From Hypanus sabinus (Eukaryota): 51,378 nucleotides of DNA. The DNA is taken from the NCBI RefSeq assembly GCF_030144855.1, contig NW_026780171.1, positions 1-51,378 of the forward strand. The letters run 5' to 3'. Within the stretch, counting starts at the first letter, position 1; every line of letters starts with the position of its first letter. This document shows, one piece after another, positions 46,660-51,378 of the stretch. The position numbers and the translations under genes are program-made. Below the pieces are notes generated by a model. That model was given only the letters and a program-made list of their open reading frames with translations, made no database searches and was not told where the DNA came from.

Positions 46660-47877
46660 ACCTACCATCCAGGCTTCCATCAAAACCTCTTTGAAATGGC
46701 GAAACCGAGCTCGTATTCACCACTTGTGCTGACATGTCATTGCACACTCTCACGACCATTTCAGTAAAGAGCTTTTCCATATGTTCCCATTAAGTTTTCA
46801 CCTTCCCCACTTACCCATGACCTCTGGTTGCCATCCCACCCAACCTCAGTGGAAAAAGCTGCTTGCATTTACCCTATCTACACCCTCATAATCTTGTATA
46901 CTTCTGACAATTTCCCAAAGCTATGTACAATGTCCTTGTTTATGTTTAGAGCCTTTTTTTACGTGTATAGGATGATGAGGGGCATTGATCATGTGGATAG
47001 GCAGAGGTTTATTCCCAGGGCTGAAATGGCTAACACGAAGGGGCATAGTTTTATGGTGCTTAGAAATAGATACCGAGAGGATGTCAGGGGTAAGATTTTT
47101 ACCCAGAGAGTGGTGGGTGCGTGGAATGCACTGCAGGCTATTTGTGTGAGAGTATTTCAGTTACAGTGGGGCCAGGAGCCCGTGCTGCTCAGTGGGAAGA
47201 GGGAGCAATACCAATGGCGAGAGTCAAACTGAGCCAGGTCACAGATTGGAGATGGGAGAGATGCCCCATTCTTAAAGAGACAGGAAGAGCATCAGAGAGT
47301 TCGATGGTCATTCCAGGTACCAGCACTGTGCCCAGTTAGAAGATGATTTCTCTCTCCAACTTGGGTTGAACTTCACTGTAAGAGTGTGTTGCCAGATCAC
47401 ACCGTGACAACTCAAGTGAACTCATATGAAAAGTTGCCCCACACACATTGATGGATTTTGTAAATCTTTTTACAGGCTAAAAACAAGGAATTTATCTACG
47501 GGAATTTCGAACACAACATGCCAATTTTGCTGTCTCTGTCCAGATATTTAAGAAGTGGAGCAAGGGATTCACTCGATCATCCTTCCTGCTCAGGCTGTGG
47601 GGAGGGATTCACTTGGTCATCTGACCGACTGGCAAAGCGGAAATTTTACACGGGGAGAGGCCGTTCATTTGCTCAGACTGTGAGAATGGATTCAGTGGGT
47701 CTTCTCAACTGAATGTACATCAGCAAATTCACACTGGACAAGGCCATTCACCTGTTCTGTGAGTGAGAAGGGATTCAGTCGTCTTCCCACCTGTGGACAC
47801 ACCAGTCAGTTCACACTGGGCAGAGGCTGGTCATCTGCTGAATTTGTGGGGAAGGATTCACTCGGTCATCTGACTTC
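46660..47877 (+). repeat. ZNF-C intron end and exon leader, paralogous to ZNF-A 1470-2651
   Basis: Collinear similarity including the CR1(-)/CR1(+) junction tacttctgacaattt..ttgtttatgtttagagcctttttt. Confidence 0.88.
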
Positions 47878-49440
47878 ATGGCTCACCAGCGAGTTCACAC
47901 TGAGGGGAGGCCGTTCACCTGCTCGGAATGTGGGAAGGGATTCACCTACTTATCCCAACTGAAGATACATCAGCGAATTCACACTGGAGAGAGGCCATTC
48001 ACCTGCTCAGACTGTGGGAAGGGATTCACACAATTAGCTGGCCTACAAGCACACCAGTCTGTTCACACTGGGGAGAGGCCGTTCACCTGCTCAGACTGTG
48101 GGAAGGGATTCACTTCGTCATCTCAACTGAAGGTACATCAGCGAGTTCACACTGGGGAGAGGCCGTTCAACTGCTCAGACTGTGGAAAGGGATTCACACA
48201 GTTAGCTAACCTACAAGCACACCAGTCAGTTCACACTGGGGAGAGGCCGTTCTCTTGCTCAGACTGTGGGAAGGGATTCAATTCATCATCTAAACTGAAA
48301 GTACATCAGCGAGTTCACACTGGGGAGAGGCCATTCACCTGCTCAGACTGTGGGAAGGGATTCACACAGTTAGCTAACCTACAAGCACACCAGTCAGTTC
48401 ACACTGGAGAGTGGCCGTTCAACTGCTTAGAATGTGGGAAGGGGTTCATTCGGTCATCTCAACTGAAGGTACATCTGTCAGTTCACTCTGGAGAAAGGCC
48501 ATTCACCTGCTCAAACTGTGGGAAGGGATTCACTTTGTCATCTCAACTGAAGGTACATCAGCGTGTTCACACTGGGGAGAGGCCGTTCACCTGCTCAGAC
48601 TGTGGGAAGGGATTCACACAGTTATCTGGCCTGCAAGCACACCAGTCAGTTCACACTGGCGAGAGGCCGTTCAACTGCTCAGACTGTGGTAAGGGATTCA
48701 CACAGTTATCTAGCCTGCAAGCACACCATTCAGTTCACACTGGTGAGAGGCCATTCACCTGCTCAGTCTGTGGGAAGGGATTCACTCTATCATCTTGCCT
48801 ACTGACACACCAGTCAGTTCACACTGGAGAGTGGCCATTCACCTGCTCAGACTGTGGGAAGGGATTCACTCGGTCATCTCAACTGAAGGTACATCAGCGA
48901 GTTCACACTGGGGAGAGGCCATTCACCTGCTTGGACTGTGGGAAGGGATTCACTTCGTCATCTCAACTGAAAGTACATCAGCGAGTTCACACTGGGGAGA
49001 GGCCGTTCACTTGCTCAGACTGTGGGAAGGGATTCATTCAGTTAGCTACTCTACAAGCACACCATTTAGTTCACACTGGGGAGAGGCCATTCAACTGCTC
49101 AGACTGTGGGAAGGGATTCACTCGGTCATCTCAATTGAAGGTACATCAGCGAGTACACACTGGGGAGAGGCCATTCACCTGCTCAGACTGTGGGAAGGGA
49201 TTCACACAGTTAGCTGGCCTACAAGCACACCAGTCAGTTCACACTGGGGAGAGGCCGTTCACCTGCATATTCTGTGGGAAGGGATTCACTCAATCATCTC
49301 AATTGAAGGTACATGAGCGAATTCACACAGGTGAGAGGCCATTCACCTGCTCAGACTGTGGGAAGGGATTCACTCGGTCATCTCGCCTACTGACACACCA
49401 GTTAGTTCACACTGGAGAGAGACCATTAACCTCCTGTTAA
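47878..49440 (+). CDS. ZNF-C: C2H2 zinc-finger array protein, 520 aa, 18 fingers
   Basis: [14 protein letters not shown] plus 18 x 28-aa fingers. Acceptor tctttttacag| ends at 47475. Confidence 0.95.
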   Translation: MAHQRVHTEGRPFTCSECGKGFTYLSQLKIHQRIHTGERPFTCSDCGKGFTQLAGLQAHQSVHTGERPFTCSDCGKGFTSSSQLKVHQRVHTGERPFNCSDCGKGFTQLANLQAHQSVHTGERPFSCSDCGKGFNSSSKLKVHQRVHTGERPFTCSDCGKGFTQLANLQAHQSVHTGEWPFNCLECGKGFIRSSQLKVHLSVHSGERPFTCSNCGKGFTLSSQLKVHQRVHTGERPFTCSDCGKGFTQLSGLQAHQSVHTGERPFNCSDCGKGFTQLSSLQAHHSVHTGERPFTCSVCGKGFTLSSCLLTHQSVHTGEWPFTCSDCGKGFTRSSQLKVHQRVHTGERPFTCLDCGKGFTSSSQLKVHQRVHTGERPFTCSDCGKGFIQLATLQAHHLVHTGERPFNCSDCGKGFTRSSQLKVHQRVHTGERPFTCSDCGKGFTQLAGLQAHQSVHTGERPFTCIFCGKGFTQSSQLKVHERIHTGERPFTCSDCGKGFTRSSRLLTHQLVHTGERPLTSC

Positions 49441-49474
49441 TGTGGGAATGTATTCACTCAGTCATCTAACCTTA

Positions 49475-49890
49475 TGTAACTCTCACTCCGGCTAGCAGCT
49501 TAATATAGGGGGTGATAGCCCCCTAGCTCGGCCAAATGTGTGTGGATGCTGCGCCGCGTCCCCTGTTACATATCAATACCCCAAAATAACAAACAGTACA
49601 CAAGATGTGATTCATAATTCTTACTTTGACTAAAGGGTTAGTAAAGTAAAAAAAAAGGGCCCACTCTCCCCATTTGTGGCTTCTCATCTCTCCACAACAA
49701 AAGCCCATGAAATTCTCTCATTCAGACTCACAAGAAAGAACATTTCTGTCATTGGATAGCCCAGCACTCCAAAACCCTGTTATCTCTAGTTGTATCCTAA
49801 ACATTGCTGCTGCAGAGAAACCACTACCTCAGCAGTGAAACATTACAGAGAGGTCATTACATTAGCAGTGAAACCTTACAGTGTGTTACA
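49475..49890. mobile_element. Solo LTR in the ZNF-C 3' UTR, inserted in a decayed finger
   Basis: TGTAAC...GTTACA ends, TSD CTTA (49471-49474, 49891-49894). The flanks rejoin as CGNVFTQSSNLTTHYRIHTGEK. Confidence 0.85.
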
Positions 49891-49894
49891 CTTA

Positions 49895-50400
49895 CAACAC
49901 ACTACCGGATTCACACAGGGGAGAAAGTTTCAATAAGCTTCATGCTGGATATTTGTCCATCACCATTGCTGAATGCTATTTTGAGAGTGATTGTAAGTGT
50001 TGAACTCTGCAATTATTGCTGCTGCTCACCACACCCAGTTCTGCACCCTGGTCACTGGGCCTGGGAGGAGTTTCTTCTGCTGCATATTCACCTTTAATGG
50101 GACTAGATCTGTGACAAATGAATCAGTTCTATCTTAAGCACTGTCTCTGTTACTTAGTGAATTTATAACACACCTAGTGTACAGTAGAGAGTCAACTCAG
50201 GCTGGCTGAACCCTGCCAGTGATTCTGTTCCACAACAGATCTTTCAAATCCTCCCCTGTTGTTCACCTCTCACTCTCCCTGGGATGAGGTCCAAATAGTC
50301 ATCACTCTGTGGGTGAATATGTTTCCCTTGAATTTCTTGCAGACTGAAGAAGTCGAGCTGACTGCAGTTCTGTCTGAGATGTTCTTTGCCCCTCTAATCT
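49895..50400 (+). repeat. ZNF-C 3' flank paralogous to ZNF-A 11114-11590
   Basis: Near-collinear. The poly(A) signal AATAAA (11308-11313) reads AATGAA in this copy. Confidence 0.85.
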
Positions 50401-50774
50401 CTGGGCTGAGGAAGAATGACATTGGGAGTTAACCTCCTTAATCACGACTCATGTCCACATTATGGGTCACTTTCCCCACTTCTAAAATGTTGTTAGCGAA
50501 CACCACTGTCCTCTAAAGACTGAAAGCAGAGTGGGAAGTCATCAATTGGATTTTCAATGAAGCTGGGTCAGAAACCAGAGGGAGGTCTGCACAGAGCAGA
50601 ATTTGGGGCCCTGGACGATGTTCGGGGTGAGAACGTATGATGAGGAGAGGGGATTCAGCAACAGGGCATGTCAACGAATGACATTTGGAAGCAGATTGAC
50701 AGAGAAAGTAATTAGGTTATCTGACTGATGACACAAACACTACCTGTGGTGAGGTGTTCCACTGGCTGAGGAAC

Positions 50775-51378
50775 ATGTGTGTTAGGAATGGTTTTATCTA
50801 TTGGGGGAGTTGTTCCTGCTTGTTTATCCTGTAATATTATAACCAGATGGATTGACCTATCTGAAATAATGTATTGATGATCATATAATTTGCAAGATTT
50901 TGGCTCTAAAACTGGATCAGGCTTGAATTTATGGTGTTTTCATGAGGTGATGGAGGGCATTCATGAGTTTGTATTTTAAAGCAAGATTTTGGTGAAAGAT
51001 ATTTGCCACTTGATTGTACCTGCGTAAGTAATCAGATTGAGTTAAACTGCAGCAGGATCCTAGAATGTGTTGGACTGTGTCTGGTTTCTCTTGGCCTTTT
51101 CTGCACTTACTGCTTCGTTTGTTTGTATTTCATGAAGTTTCGATTTGTTTTACTTTTGTTACCCACCTCGTCCTGTATTTCCGCAAGGAACTCCTCTGTT
51201 TCTGGGAAGAAGTCTCCAACTCTCAGTCAGGTGCTCGATGCTTCCTTGTCACCATCTCGTCTGCTCAGATCATTGGGATGTCTCCCATGGAGGGTCATAC
51301 ACATTTCACTGGTTAATGTTTTCATCCAGAGTGATGATTTATTTTTCTGAGCCAGCTTGTCATTTAAGTTTTATGGTC
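50775..51378 (-). mobile_element. R4/Dong-like (RLE-type) non-LTR retrotransposon relic
   Basis: Minus-strand pieces LHGRHP..DKEASST*LRVGDFFPETEEFLAEIQDEV; KCRKGQEKPDTVQHILGSC..SDYLRRYNQVANIFHQNL (CCHC knuckle, RHN-like motif); KPDPVLE..IISDRSIH..QDKQ..ID..IP. Confidence 0.72.

Noticed and set aside
47839-47841. Conserved in-frame TGA as a selenocysteine or readthrough codon
   Set aside because: It replaces the Ser (TCA) position, not a Cys; the upstream frame is broken by frameshifts; no SECIS recognised.

Overview
Eukaryotic, vertebrate-type genomic DNA. The repeat repertoire (CR1, L1, Rex1/Babar, Penelope-type short repeats) and the finger style suggest a cartilaginous fish, probably a ray; this is inference. 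The window is part of a tandem C2H2 zinc-finger gene cluster. It holds three paralogous genes: ZNF-A (+, 14 intact fingers), ZNF-B (-, 22 fingers) and ZNF-C (+, 18 fingers), plus a decayed fourth copy (-). Each ORF starts at MAHQRVHT, about 400 nt into the last exon and behind a leader of broken fingers, and none shows an effector domain. Most of the rest is nested mobile DNA: a non-autonomous PIF/Harbinger element splitting the last finger of ZNF-A and itself holding a near full-length L1 with a 98-bp flanking duplication; an ERV-type LTR (tRNA-Pro-like PBS) supplying the ZNF-B stop codon; a young CsRn1-like Gypsy element with both LTRs; an ERV RNase H relic; an R4/Dong-like relic; Rex1/Babar and many CR1 fragments; solo LTRs; and Penelope-derived repeats, one with an intact minimal hammerhead ribozyme. 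All calls were made by eye. Coordinates of degraded repeats are approximate and family names need confirmation by database search.
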